A stretch of 64,000 bases of DNA from Verrucomicrobiaceae bacterium (GCA_051252135.1 JBPOGH010000008.1:96001-160000); one strand, 5' to 3'. Positions 38,128-48,617 are shown, numbered from the stretch's first letter. The notes: generated from the letters alone by a model not told the origin. Made by a program: numbers and translations.

Positions 38128-38163
38128 ACAGGCGGGACCTCACGGTTCCGCCTGTTTCATTTC
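38128..38163 (+). terminator. Intrinsic terminator between convergent genes
   Basis: ACAGGCGGGACC-tcac-GGTTCCGCCTGT followed by TTCATTT. Confidence 0.7.
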
Positions 38164-38164
38164 C

Positions 38165-39925
38165 TCACTTCTTCAGGACCGGCTCCAGCCACAACCCCCA
38201 ATCTCCCCCGGGGCCATCTTCCGTCGGATGGGTCAGCAACTCGATCTCCTTCACCGAACTCAGATCAATCTCGTACTTCACCACCTTCCCCTCCTTCACC
38301 GTTCCCGATTTCCAAAGCGTCTTCCCGTCACCCTTCACTTCAAACTGCACCGACCCATGGAGCCCCGCCGCAATCCCCGCCGATCCCTCCAGCCTCTTCC
38401 ACTTGCCACCCAACTCATAAACATGAACCGCCGGCGCATGCGCATAAATCCCACTCGTAAAAATCCGGCCTCCAGCTTCCAGCAAAATCGCCTCCCCCGG
38501 AAGCCGGTCATACGTCGGCCTCCCCCACCCCACCTTCGCCTCCCTCGGCCGCAGCGCCGTCAATGAAACCACTCCCCCCTCTTCCCGCTCCCTCATTCCT
38601 CCACCCATCAGATTCCGCCCGATCTCCCCCGCCTTCCCCTCCGGCAGCCGCCCCACCAACGCCCGCGCCCGCTCAATCTCACGATTCCTCAATGCCTCCA
38701 CCACCGGAGCAAGCGCCTGCTTCAGCTGAAAGGTCGAAAGATCAGGCCTCCCGTCCGCCCCCACCACATAGGGATAGCGATACTTCGTCTGCGACATCCA
38801 CCCGCCCGTCGACCCATTCACGTGCAGCGGAATAATCCGCAACTCCCCCGTCCTCCCCGCCACCAAAGCATCCGAGGAAAACGTAAAACGCCCCTCCTCA
38901 TCCGGCACCGCCGTCGCCGTCGTCGCATTATAATCCCCGCCACCCTCAGGATCAAAATAACCCACCACCGCATAAACCGGCGGCTCCGCCGTCACCCGCC
39001 CCGAAACCCGAATCGCCTTCCCCTCCGCCACCATCTCAAGCTCCTCCAGGCTCGAAGATACCGGGAGGGTCATCCCCTTCGTCGACCCCGAGAACTGCGG
39101 ATGCGATGCCAGCCGCAGCCCATGCGCCAGGGTCAAAAAAGACCCCTTTCCCTCCCCCCGCAACTCATCTCCATAAGTCCGGTTGCCCGACCCCATCAGC
39201 GCCGTCCCCCGCACCGCCTCATCCGGCCGCTCCTTGCAATGCGGTAACCCCAGCGCATGCCCCAACTCGTGGCACACCCCTCCAATGAAAATCGAATTGT
39301 GCTTCCCCAACGAAATCCGCCCATACTGCCCGTCCCGGATCAGCGGCTCCTTCAACGACAAATTCCTCGGATCCAGCTCCGGTGAATCCAGCTGCCACGC
39401 CGTCCCCCCCTGATGGTTCCCCCCCGCGTAATACGGCGACTTGTGCGCAAAAATCAGCTTCTCCTCATCCCACGACGCCAGATTGCAAAAAATCACCAAG
39501 GTTTCCTTGTTCCCGTCGATCCCCTTTTCTTTGAGAACGGGAAGACACTCCCCCTTCACCTCATTCCCCGAATCCATCCCGTAATGACTCTCCGGATGAA
39601 CCCCCTCGATCAGGTGAATCTTCACCCTCCCCTCCTCCATTGGCAAATTGATCGTGCGCGCCCCAAACCCCAACCGCGCCATCTCCTTCCCGTAAAAATC
39701 GCGGATGTGCTCCATCATCCGCGTCAACCGGGCCTCATAATCCTTCGGCGGCTCCCGATCCCCCGGAGTCCACAACACCAGATGCAACGTCCGCACCTCC
39801 GCCTTTGCCCCCTCATCGTGCCAGGCATCAAGAATCACCCGCGCCGCCTCCGCCTTCTCAAGCTCACCGGGAACGGCTGCAAAACCGGATGAAATCAGGA
39901 AAAAAGAAACAAGAAAACGAATCAT
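38165..39925 (-). CDS. Secreted zinc metallopeptidase with C-terminal NPCBM/NEW2 domain
   Basis: HELGHALGLPH with Met-turn ALMG; GIYAHAP..VYELGG.W, SVQFEVKGDGK.LW, DWGLWLEP. Confidence 0.85.
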   Translation of the reverse strand: MIRFLVSFFLISSGFAAVPGELEKAEAARVILDAWHDEGAKAEVRTLHLVLWTPGDREPPKDYEARLTRMMEHIRDFYGKEMARLGFGARTINLPMEEGRVKIHLIEGVHPESHYGMDSGNEVKGECLPVLKEKGIDGNKETLVIFCNLASWDEEKLIFAHKSPYYAGGNHQGGTAWQLDSPELDPRNLSLKEPLIRDGQYGRISLGKHNSIFIGGVCHELGHALGLPHCKERPDEAVRGTALMGSGNRTYGDELRGEGKGSFLTLAHGLRLASHPQFSGSTKGMTLPVSSSLEELEMVAEGKAIRVSGRVTAEPPVYAVVGYFDPEGGGDYNATTATAVPDEEGRFTFSSDALVAGRTGELRIIPLHVNGSTGGWMSQTKYRYPYVVGADGRPDLSTFQLKQALAPVVEALRNREIERARALVGRLPEGKAGEIGRNLMGGGMREREEGGVVSLTALRPREAKVGWGRPTYDRLPGEAILLEAGGRIFTSGIYAHAPAVHVYELGGKWKRLEGSAGIAAGLHGSVQFEVKGDGKTLWKSGTVKEGKVVKYEIDLSSVKEIELLTHPTEDGPGGDWGLWLEPVLKK

Positions 39926-39934
39926 CGAAAACGT

Positions 39935-40108
39935 CTACGTCTTCGCTTCAAGTAACTTTTCGATTCGATCCAATTTCTTGTCCATCTCATCGAGACGCTT
40001 CTCAATATCCTTGTTGGAACCCTGACTCCCAAAGATGAGCACAATGATCGCAATAAGAATGAGCGACCCGCAGCCAAGCGAGACACTCTGATTTGGTTGA
40101 TCGGCCAT
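39935..40108 (-). CDS. Small 57-aa TM/coiled-coil protein (below the ORF-track cutoff)
   Basis: MADQPNQSVSLGCGSLILIAIIVLIFGSQGSNKDIEKRLDEMDKKLDRIEKLLEAKT; GGGGAG before the ATG; fills the gap after ugd. Confidence 0.75.
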   Translation of the reverse strand: MADQPNQSVSLGCGSLILIAIIVLIFGSQGSNKDIEKRLDEMDKKLDRIEKLLEAKT

Positions 40109-40149
40109 TCTCCCCTATATCACAACCGCCACCCCATGGGCAGCAATGA

Positions 40150-41466
40150 TTAAACCTCCGAACGCCCAATCGCATAGTACTCAATCCCGTGACCCTTCAC
40201 CACCTCCGGATCAAGCAGATTGCGCCCATCAAAAATCATCGGATTCCGCATCCGCTTCTTAAGCTCCTCATACTCAATATTCGCAAACTCCGGCCACTCC
40301 GTCGCAATGACCAGCGCCTCCGCCCCATCCAGACATTCATACCTGTCTCTGACAAAGCTGATCTCCCCCTCAAGAGCACCGAATTTCTGCGCCGTCCCGA
40401 TCGCCTGCGGATCGGTCGCCGTCACCGAGGCCCCCTCATCCAGCATCCGCTTCGCAAGCTTGATGGCCACCGATTCCCGAACATCATCCGTGTTCTGCTT
40501 GAATGCCAATCCCCACAACGCGATCTTCTTCTCACTCAACACCCAGAGCTTCTCGCGAATCTTTCCAAGGAAATGCTCCAGTTGCTCGGCATTGATTTGC
40601 TCAACCTGCTTGAGCAATTCAAAAGGGTAACCGAGTGACTCCGAGATCGCGATAAAGGCCTGAACATCCTTCGGAAAACACGATCCGCCATAGCCCAATC
40701 CCGCATTCAAAAACTGACGCCCAATCCGCGCATCCATCCCGATCCCTTCCGCCACCTTCTCCACATCCGCTCCCGACTTCTCACAAATTCGACCCACCGC
40801 ATTGATGTAGGAAATCTTAAGCGCAAGGAAGGAGTTCGCCGCATGCTTGATCAGCTCCGCCGACTCAATGTCCGTCCCCAGCACCGGAGCACTGAAGGGC
40901 GAGTAAACCCGACGCATTGTATCCGAGGTCTTCTCATCATTGGCCCCAAAGACAATTCGATCCGGGTGCAGCAGATCATCCACCGCACACCCTTCCCGCA
41001 AAAACTCGGGATTGGAAGCCACCCCGAAATCCACCCCATCCCGGGCATATCGGCGCACCGTCTCCGCCACCTTGGCCCCCGTGTTCACCGGAACCGTCGA
41101 TTTATCAACGATCACCTTGAAGCCCTGCTCCGGCTGAAGCGACTCCGCAATTTCCCGGGCCACCTTTTCGATAAAGGTCAAATCGACCGAACCATCCGCT
41201 TGCGGCGGGGTCGGCACCGCAATGAAGATCACCTCTCCATGAGCCACCCCCTCTTCGGTCGACGTCGTAAAACGCAGTCGCCCCGCCTCCACATTCTTCG
41301 TCACCAGCTCCGCCAACCCGGGCTCATAAATCGGAAGCTCTCCCCGCAAAAGGGTCTCCACCTTGTCCTCGTTGTTGTCGACGCAGGTCACATCATGACC
41401 CACCTCAGCAAAGCAGCTCCCCGTAGTTAACCCGACGTATCCGGTTCCAATAATGGTAAGTTTCAT
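40150..41466 (-). CDS. ugd: UDP-glucose 6-dehydrogenase
   Basis: IIGTGYVGL, IAVPTP, KSTVP, SNPEFLREG, GYGGSCFPKD, GLAFKQNTDD.RES, FDGRN. Confidence 0.96.
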   Translation of the reverse strand: MKLTIIGTGYVGLTTGSCFAEVGHDVTCVDNNEDKVETLLRGELPIYEPGLAELVTKNVEAGRLRFTTSTEEGVAHGEVIFIAVPTPPQADGSVDLTFIEKVAREIAESLQPEQGFKVIVDKSTVPVNTGAKVAETVRRYARDGVDFGVASNPEFLREGCAVDDLLHPDRIVFGANDEKTSDTMRRVYSPFSAPVLGTDIESAELIKHAANSFLALKISYINAVGRICEKSGADVEKVAEGIGMDARIGRQFLNAGLGYGGSCFPKDVQAFIAISESLGYPFELLKQVEQINAEQLEHFLGKIREKLWVLSEKKIALWGLAFKQNTDDVRESVAIKLAKRMLDEGASVTATDPQAIGTAQKFGALEGEISFVRDRYECLDGAEALVIATEWPEFANIEYEELKKRMRNPMIFDGRNLLDPEVVKGHGIEYYAIGRSEV

Positions 41467-41473
41467 AGATCGA

Positions 41474-42406
41474 TTAAAGCGAAAGTTCTTCTTTGTAATG
41501 GGCAATCGTCCTTCTTAAGCCTTCCGGTAAAGGAATCCGGGGCTCCCAACCCAACTCTTCCCGGGCCAGCGTGATGTCGGGGCGACGCTGGAGCGGATCA
41601 TCGGAAGGCAGGTCCTGAAAAATCAGCTCCGATCCGCTGTCCGTCAGCTCCAGCACCTTCTCCGCAAGTTCCAACATCGTAAACTCGCCGGGATTCCCGC
41701 AGTTCATCGGACCAACAATCCTCTCATTCTCCATCAGCCGGACAAATCCGTCGATCAGGTCATCAACATAACAAAAGGAACGCGTCTGCTTCCCGTCGCC
41801 ATAGATCGTGATGTCCTCACCACGCAAGGCCTGCACAATGAAGTTCGAGACCACCCTGCCATCCTCGGGATTCATCCTCGGACCATAGGTATTAAAAATT
41901 CGCACCACCCGGATATCCACCCCACGGCTCCGGTGGTAATCAAAAAAGAGCGTCTCCGCCACCCGCTTGCCCTCATCATAACACGAACGAATCCCCACCG
42001 GATTTACACTTCCCCAATAACTCTCGGGCTGCGGATGAACCTTCGGATCCCCGTACACCTCGGAGGTCGATGCCTGAAAAACCCGCGCTCCCGTCTTCTT
42101 CGCAAGCTCAAGACAATGATACGCACCCAGATAACTCGTCTGCGTCGTATACACCGGATCCTGCTGGTAGTGCACCGGACTCGCCGGACAGGCCAGATTG
42201 TAAATGCGCTCCACCTCAAAATCCAGGGGCTCCGTCACCGTCCCCTCCACCAACTCGAATCCGGGGTGATCGAGCAAATGCGCCACATTCTTTTTCCGGC
42301 CCGTGTAGTAGTTATCCAAACAAACCACTTCATGGCCATCCGCCAAAACGCGGTCACAAAGATGGGATCCCAAAAACCCCGCACCACCCGTAATCAGTGT
42401 TCGCAT
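41474..42406 (-). CDS. uxs: UDP-glucuronate decarboxylase (UDP-xylose synthase)
   Basis: [60 protein letters not shown]. Confidence 0.93.
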   Translation of the reverse strand: MRTLITGGAGFLGSHLCDRVLADGHEVVCLDNYYTGRKKNVAHLLDHPGFELVEGTVTEPLDFEVERIYNLACPASPVHYQQDPVYTTQTSYLGAYHCLELAKKTGARVFQASTSEVYGDPKVHPQPESYWGSVNPVGIRSCYDEGKRVAETLFFDYHRSRGVDIRVVRIFNTYGPRMNPEDGRVVSNFIVQALRGEDITIYGDGKQTRSFCYVDDLIDGFVRLMENERIVGPMNCGNPGEFTMLELAEKVLELTDSGSELIFQDLPSDDPLQRRPDITLAREELGWEPRIPLPEGLRRTIAHYKEELSL

Positions 42407-42533
42407 CCCCTTGTTCGTATCAGGGACACCGTGCGTGGCTAGCCTTTGTCGCAAGGTCTATTCCGATTACCTCAATTCTTTAAGGTCCTGTCTGACAGCA
42501 TCAACCCAAGAACCGCTTCGCTGAAAAAAAACG

Positions 42534-44984
42534 TCACTCCTGATACTTCTCCACCAGCTTCTCCAGCGTCAGCCCCGTCGTCACTTCCCACAACTGCGGG
42601 CTGTACTGCGACCGGCAACTTTGCGAAACCTGGCTGATCGGAAACGCCGTGTATTCCCGAACGACCCAATCCAGAAACGACGCCGATCCCCAACCGCCGG
42701 TCACCGCATCCGCCTTCCGCGGCTCCGCCGGAAGCTCCTTCGCCCAAGCCGAATCCGGAAGCTCCTTCGCTCGAATCGTCGCCGTAAGTCCCTCCGCAAA
42801 CCACGTCGGAGCATCCTCGTTAAAAGCCTGCAAATGCTCACACAACCCCTCGATGAACACCCCCTCCACCTCCTCAAGCGACGCCTTCGCAAATGCCCCC
42901 GAATCAAAAGTCAGTACCCCGTTTTCCAACCCCGCCTTCTCGCCAAATGCCAGAGTCAGCGACTCCGGCGTCCCCGGTAATCCCACCACCCCGAAAAAAC
43001 TGGCCGCTCGCAACCAGAGCGAAAAATACCGCTCCCGCAAAGCCCCCACCTTCTCCCGATACTCCGGATACGCCGTAAAATCCGCCTTCAACCCAATCGT
43101 CACCGACTGCTCATCACTGATTTTGATCGTCCGCACCTCATCCAGCCTCGTCGGGAGCAACGGAGTCCCCAAAACAACCTCATGAATAATCAGCGGACTC
43201 TTCTGCGCACCCGTCACCCTCACCCGTAGCGCCACCGTCCCCTCCGGCGCATTCACCGTCGCCAACCCGTCAAAGAATTCCGCCAGCGCATCCCACTCCT
43301 TACCATCCGCCGAGACCTCCAGCACCCCGTCCGCCAGTTGCGCGCCCTCCAGCGCATCCCCCCCGGTCGCCACCTCAATCTCACCCGAGACCGCATGCGG
43401 AAACGTAACCGTGATCGCGTCTCCCGGCTCCAACCCACGGTCCGACCAGAAGAACGTCTCCTTCTTCCCGTCAAAGGCCAACTCCGGCCAATAATCAAGA
43501 TGATGCCCCAACGTGCTCGTCACCTTCGTTCCGTGCAACGCTTCCCGGCGGGGCTCCTCATACACCTCCGCCACCTTCATTCCCTGCCGCAAATACTGAC
43601 CCCGAAGCAACTCCAACCTCCTCGTAAAATCTTCGTACGAACGCCCCTCCTCCGGAGTCCATAACACCTCGCTCATCGCCGCAAGACGGGGGAAGGCCAT
43701 GTACTCCACCTTCTCCCATTCGTGCATGTAAGGAGTCCAAAGCGCCGCCACCGCCGGCTCGGCCTCATAAACATCCCGCACCGTCAGCAACCCGCCCACC
43801 GCTTCACGCTCCACACCCACCTTGAGCTCCTCCTCCTCCCGCAGCTGATACTGATCAAAATCCAGATGACGCACCGAGCTCTCCAGACGCATCGTCCGCC
43901 CCTCCTTGGCAATCCGCTCACCCACCCGGGCCAAAAAATCATCCCACAGCGCCTCCACATCCTTCACCTTCCGCTCCTCGAGAATCAATTTCACCGCCGC
44001 CGACTCCTCCCACTCCTTCAGATCCGGTTGCGCATCATGAATCCCGATCACCTCCCCGGGAAACACCGCCGCCATCTCGGCAAATAACGGCTCCAGCCAC
44101 CTCAAGGTCTCCTCCGTTGGCGAAAGAAGATGGCTCCCGTGGGACCAATCGGACCCCACCTCCACCTCACCCGCCACCCCCAGCCCGGGATACGCCGCCA
44201 GCATCGCCGAAACCCGACCCGGTAACGCGATCACCGGAACAATTTCCACATGACGCCCCTTCGCGTAGGCCACCAATTTCCCCAACATCTCCTGCGTATA
44301 AAAACCGCCATACTCCTCCTCATCCGAACCAAAACGATCCCCGTAGGGAGGCGTCGATTTCCTCACCGCTCCCACCCCGGTTAACTTGGGATACTGCTTC
44401 GATTCAAATCGCCACCCCTGATCATCACTGAGATGCAGACTGAGAACATTGAACTTGTGAGCGGCCAGCTGATCAACAAACCTCATGAGATCCTTAAGCG
44501 GAAACACATGGCGCGCCACATCCAGCTTCACCTCCCGCCGCACCCTCGCCGGTGAATCCCTGACCTCCACACAAGGCATCAAATATCCCCCTTCACCACG
44601 CGTCAGCGGGATCAATTGCAAAAAGGTCTGCACCCCCTGAAACACCGCCTCCGCATCATGCCCCGTAATATCCACCCCCCTCGGATAAACCGACACCCGA
44701 TACTCACCCTCCGCCATCCCCTCATGCGCACTCAACACAACCCCCCCCGGAATGGCATTGCGATAGGAATGCGGAATCTCGCGATGCCGGTTCCCCGTCA
44801 CCTCACCCAAACCCACCAAAAGCGCCCGGGCCTCCCCCTTCAATCCCGCCGGAGCCCTCACCGAGGTCTGCCCATTGACCGCAAAATGTCCCGGCCGCGG
44901 TGCCATTTCCCGTGGTGCGGGAACAACCCCCGCCGCCACCCCGCTTAAAAAAAGTGCGCAAATAATCGAAAGAACGACATTCAT
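42534..44984 (-). CDS. GH20-like protein with CBM32-like and BSP-like domains; catalytic motifs degenerate
   Basis: LDVARH, HLSDDQGWR, GFYTQ, EYMAFPRL..MSE..W; AFDG...TFFW; APTWFAEG. Confidence 0.85.
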   Translation of the reverse strand: MNVVLSIICALFLSGVAAGVVPAPREMAPRPGHFAVNGQTSVRAPAGLKGEARALLVGLGEVTGNRHREIPHSYRNAIPGGVVLSAHEGMAEGEYRVSVYPRGVDITGHDAEAVFQGVQTFLQLIPLTRGEGGYLMPCVEVRDSPARVRREVKLDVARHVFPLKDLMRFVDQLAAHKFNVLSLHLSDDQGWRFESKQYPKLTGVGAVRKSTPPYGDRFGSDEEEYGGFYTQEMLGKLVAYAKGRHVEIVPVIALPGRVSAMLAAYPGLGVAGEVEVGSDWSHGSHLLSPTEETLRWLEPLFAEMAAVFPGEVIGIHDAQPDLKEWEESAAVKLILEERKVKDVEALWDDFLARVGERIAKEGRTMRLESSVRHLDFDQYQLREEEELKVGVEREAVGGLLTVRDVYEAEPAVAALWTPYMHEWEKVEYMAFPRLAAMSEVLWTPEEGRSYEDFTRRLELLRGQYLRQGMKVAEVYEEPRREALHGTKVTSTLGHHLDYWPELAFDGKKETFFWSDRGLEPGDAITVTFPHAVSGEIEVATGGDALEGAQLADGVLEVSADGKEWDALAEFFDGLATVNAPEGTVALRVRVTGAQKSPLIIHEVVLGTPLLPTRLDEVRTIKISDEQSVTIGLKADFTAYPEYREKVGALRERYFSLWLRAASFFGVVGLPGTPESLTLAFGEKAGLENGVLTFDSGAFAKASLEEVEGVFIEGLCEHLQAFNEDAPTWFAEGLTATIRAKELPDSAWAKELPAEPRKADAVTGGWGSASFLDWVVREYTAFPISQVSQSCRSQYSPQLWEVTTGLTLEKLVEKYQE

Positions 44985-45085
44985 GGGATTGAGAATGCCG
45001 CCTCCTCACAGAATTCGCAAGTGATGAGCGAAAGGCTTGCCATTCCTCCCACGTATCCACTCAATCCCCTAACTGACTTTTCAAA

Positions 45086-46615
45086 ATGAAAGCATTCATC
45101 GCCGTCTCCCTCCTCCTCTCCCCCGGCATCCTCGCCGCCAAACTCAACCTCCCCGTCATTTTCTCGGACGGCGCCGTCCTCCAGCAGGAAACCGGCTCCA
45201 AAATTTGGGGATGGTCCGATCCCGGAACCACCGTCACCGTCTCCTTTGGCGACCATAACGCCTCCGCCAAAGCAGATGCCCACGGAACCTTCTCCCTCAG
45301 CCTCACCGGCCTCAAGGCCAATGCCAACGGACAGGAACTCAAAGTGACCAACGGACCAGAAACCGTCATCGTCAAGGACGTCCTCGTCGGCGAAGTCTGG
45401 CTCGCCTCCGGACAATCCAACATGGAATGGACCGTCTCCAACAGCAATGGCGCCCAAGAGGAAATCGCCTCCGCCAACGACCCCCTCCTCCGCGTCTTCA
45501 CCTCCGCCAACGTCGCCAAAGCCACCCCCCAACACGACTGGTCCGGACGCTGGAATCCCACCCAACCCGACCGCACCGGCAGCTTCACCGCCGTCGGCTA
45601 CTACTTCGGAAAACGCATCCGTCAGGAAGTCGGCGTCCCCGTCGGCATCATCGAATGCTCATGGGGCGGCAAGCCCGTCGAAGCCTTCATCAGCGAAGAA
45701 GCCCTCAAAGCCCTCCCCGAAGCCAAAGGCCTCATCGAAAGGAAAGCAAAAGCCATCGCCTCCTGGGATGCCGAAGCCGCCAACGCCCGCTTCGAAAAAC
45801 AAAAAGCCGAATACCAAAAGAAGCTCGCCGCCTGGAAACAGGACAAAAAAGGCCACCAACCACGCGGACCACGCCGCCCCGAGGACCCCGCCGTCAACCC
45901 CTCCATGCACTCCAACATCTACAACGGCATGATCGCCCCCATCGTCGGCTACGGAGCACGCGGTGCCCTCTGGTATCAAGGTGAGTCCAATGCCAACCAC
46001 GGCAGCGCCAACGAATACGAAGAACTCCTCGGCTGCATGATCAAGGACTGGCGCACCCGCTGGGGCACCGACCTCTCATTCTACTTCGTCCAACTCGCCA
46101 ACTACCGCCAACCCACCACCAAACCCGGCGTCGAAAGCGACTGGGTCATCGTCCAGGACGAAATGCGCCGCGCCCTCAAATCCATCCCCAACAGCGGCAT
46201 GGCCATCATCAACGACATCGGAGCCGCCAACGACATCCACCCACGTAATAAAAAAGACGTCGGTGAACGCCTCGCCCGCTGGGCCCTCGCCCATGACTAC
46301 GGCAAAACCGGACACCTCATCTCCGGCCCCCTCTTCGCAGGCGCTGAAAAAGACGGCAACAAAATGATCATCTCATTCGATCACGCCGACGGCCTCAAAT
46401 CCCGCGACGGCAAACCCCTCAAACGCTTCGAGATCGCCGGCGAGGACGGCACCTGGCACTGGGGCCAAGCCAAACTCCAGGACGGCAAGGTCATCGTCTG
46501 GAACGACCAAATCGCCTCCCCTAAAAAAGTCCGCTACGCCTGGGCCGAAAACCCCGAAGGAGCCAACCTCGTCAACAAAGACGGCCTCCCCGCCTCCTGC
46601 TTCACCACCGAGTAA
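45086..46615 (+). CDS. Sialate O-acetylesterase family (SASA/SGNH)
   Basis: GEVWLASGQSNM, LWYQGESNA, FYFVQLA, DIHPRNK..VG.RLA, VRYAW. Confidence 0.93.
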   Translation: MKAFIAVSLLLSPGILAAKLNLPVIFSDGAVLQQETGSKIWGWSDPGTTVTVSFGDHNASAKADAHGTFSLSLTGLKANANGQELKVTNGPETVIVKDVLVGEVWLASGQSNMEWTVSNSNGAQEEIASANDPLLRVFTSANVAKATPQHDWSGRWNPTQPDRTGSFTAVGYYFGKRIRQEVGVPVGIIECSWGGKPVEAFISEEALKALPEAKGLIERKAKAIASWDAEAANARFEKQKAEYQKKLAAWKQDKKGHQPRGPRRPEDPAVNPSMHSNIYNGMIAPIVGYGARGALWYQGESNANHGSANEYEELLGCMIKDWRTRWGTDLSFYFVQLANYRQPTTKPGVESDWVIVQDEMRRALKSIPNSGMAIINDIGAANDIHPRNKKDVGERLARWALAHDYGKTGHLISGPLFAGAEKDGNKMIISFDHADGLKSRDGKPLKRFEIAGEDGTWHWGQAKLQDGKVIVWNDQIASPKKVRYAWAENPEGANLVNKDGLPASCFTTE

Positions 46616-46663
46616 GCAACATTCTCACTGACAAGCCCCCGCGGCTGTGACGTTTATCTCTTG

Positions 46664-47842
46664 ATGAACACGCACTTCCTCCGGGGGCTTTTTGCGGCCA
46701 CCCCTCTCGCCCTCTCCCACGCCGCCCCTCTCGAATTCGAAGCGCCCGTCCGCATGATGGCCGGGGACCAACCCGTCAAAGTCCAGTCCCCCGGCTACGC
46801 CGCCCCCTGCTGGGCCGATGTCACCGGCGATGGCAAAAAAGACCTCCTCGTCGGACAATTCTCCAAAGGAAAAATCCAGGTCTTCCCCGGAAAAGGCGAC
46901 GGCTCCATCTCCCAAGGCGATTGGCTCAAGGTCGACGGCAAAGTCGCCGAAATCCCCGGCGTCTGGTGATGCACCTCCTCCACTCCACAGGTTGTGGATC
47001 TCAACAACGACGGTCACCCCGACATCCTCTCCGGCTCCTACTCCGCCCATGAAATCGATGGCATGGCCGGACTCTTCCAGGTCCTCTGGGGCTCCGAAAA
47101 AGGCTTCCAAAAAGCCACCCCACTCAAAGGAACCGACGACAAACCCCTCCTCATCGGAGACCCCTCAAACGACGACACCGTCACCGAGCGCATCTGCACC
47201 CGACCCACCGCCGTCGACTGGGACTCCGATGGCGACCTCGACCTCCTCGTCGGGAACTTCAAAGGCTCCCTCTTCCTCTTCCGCGGAGAGGGCAACGGCC
47301 AATTCAACCCCAAATCCGAAGACCTCAAGCTCACCATCAACGGCTACCACTCCGACCCCTTCTGCATCGATATCGATGCCGATGGCGACCTCGACATCCT
47401 CTCCGGCAACGCCAATGGCGGCGCCCAATGGGCCGAAAACACCGCCGGCCCCGGAAAAGAAATCACCGTCACCGAATTCCGGGAACTCATCCCCGGCCAA
47501 CACCGCAGCGAACCCGTCTGGGGTGACCGGGATCCCGCCCCCGCCGGATCCACCCGCGTCTGGGCCGATGATCTCAATGGCGACGGTAAGCTCGACATCC
47601 TCTTGGGCGACTCCACCACCATCAAAACCCCCGCCCAAGGCCTCACCCGCGAACAAGTCACCCAAGCCGAAAAGAACTGGAGCACCAAAATGAGCGCCAT
47701 GCAGGAAAAACTCCGGGCCAAAGAACAAAGCCCCGAAGAGGAACAAAAAATCATGAAGGAATACCGCCAGCTCATGACCTCCCGCAAGGACTTCATCACC
47801 GAAGAACGCACCGGCTTCGTCTGGCTCTACCTCGGCAAGTAA
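46664..47842 (+). CDS. Exported FG-GAP/VCBS repeat protein with in-frame UGA at 46967 (candidate selenoprotein, U102-C103)
   Basis: Track ORFs 46661-46969 and 46994-47842 share a frame, joined by TGG TGA TGC ACC TCC TCC ACT CCA CAG GTT GTG; five P...D.[DN].DG..D[LI]L.G repeats run across the junction. Confidence 0.8.
46984..46998 (+). promoter_or_regulatory. Putative bacterial SECIS apical hairpin
   Basis: TCCACA-GGT-TGTGGA; the loop starts 20 nt after the UGA and begins with G. Confidence 0.6.
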
Positions 47843-47921
47843 CCCTCACGGCTCCATGACCGGATGGACAACTTCAAACCATCGTAACCCAAGAGAATTT
47901 AAATGGTGCCTCCGAGGCGGC

Positions 47922-48617
47922 TCAAAACAAGCGAACACTGGAGAGTCCGCCATCGGGGCGGAGGATTTGCCCGGTGGTGAAGCGGGCGGCGTCGGAAAGG
48001 AGGAAGTCAACGAGTTCGGCGACGTGATCAGGGTTGCCGATTTGCTTGAGGGGGTGTCGGTCGGCTGCGGCGTCGCGGCGTTTCTCATCGCCGAGCAGGG
48101 GTGCGGCGAGTTTGGTATCGGTGAGGGAGGGGGCGATGGCGTTGACGCGGATTTTGGGGGCCCACTCGGCGGCGAGGGATTTGGTGAGGCCTTCGACGGC
48201 GCCTTTGGCCGCGGCGATGCTGGCGTGGAAGGGCATGCCGGTGTGGACGGCAACGGTGCTGAAGAGGACGACGGAGGCGGAGGGGGACTTTTTGAGGGCG
48301 GGGAGGGCCTGTTGGAGGATCTGGGTGGCCCCGAGGAGGTTGATCTGAAGGTCGTTAAGGAAGTCTTCTGCGCTCAGGCGGTGGAAGGGTTTGAGATTGA
48401 TGGTGCCGGGGCAGTAGATGAGGCCGTCCAGGGAGTCGGGGAGGTCGAGGTCGGCGGGCTCCGTTGCGTCGAAGGATTGCGTCGGCACTCCAAGGGCGGC
48501 GAGCTGATCATGGCTTCGCGCGGTGGCGTGGACATGATCGCCCTGGGAGTGGAGACGTTTCGCAATGGCGAGGCCGATCCCCGAGTTGCCGCCGATGAGA
48601 AGAATGGTGCGTGCCAT
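47922..48617 (-). CDS. SDR family oxidoreductase
   Basis: GGNSGIG, KGAVEGL..SLAAE, IRVNAIAP, TGQ...DGG; YxxxK Tyr replaced (SIAAAK). Confidence 0.9.
   Translation of the reverse strand: MARTILLIGGNSGIGLAIAKRLHSQGDHVHATARSHDQLAALGVPTQSFDATEPADLDLPDSLDGLIYCPGTINLKPFHRLSAEDFLNDLQINLLGATQILQQALPALKKSPSASVVLFSTVAVHTGMPFHASIAAAKGAVEGLTKSLAAEWAPKIRVNAIAPSLTDTKLAAPLLGDEKRRDAAADRHPLKQIGNPDHVAELVDFLLSDAARFTTGQILRPDGGLSSVRLF

Noticed and set aside
46967..46969. Genome-wide UGA reassignment (code 4/25) as the explanation for the in-frame TGA
   Set aside because: TGA terminates many genes at their expected family ends (rfbC, apbE, queA), often in ATGA/GTGA overlaps
47880..47905. dif-like site at the left skew switch (AGAATTTAAAT)
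   Set aside because: Weak match to the XerD arm, no XerC arm, and the skew reverts ~10 kb later
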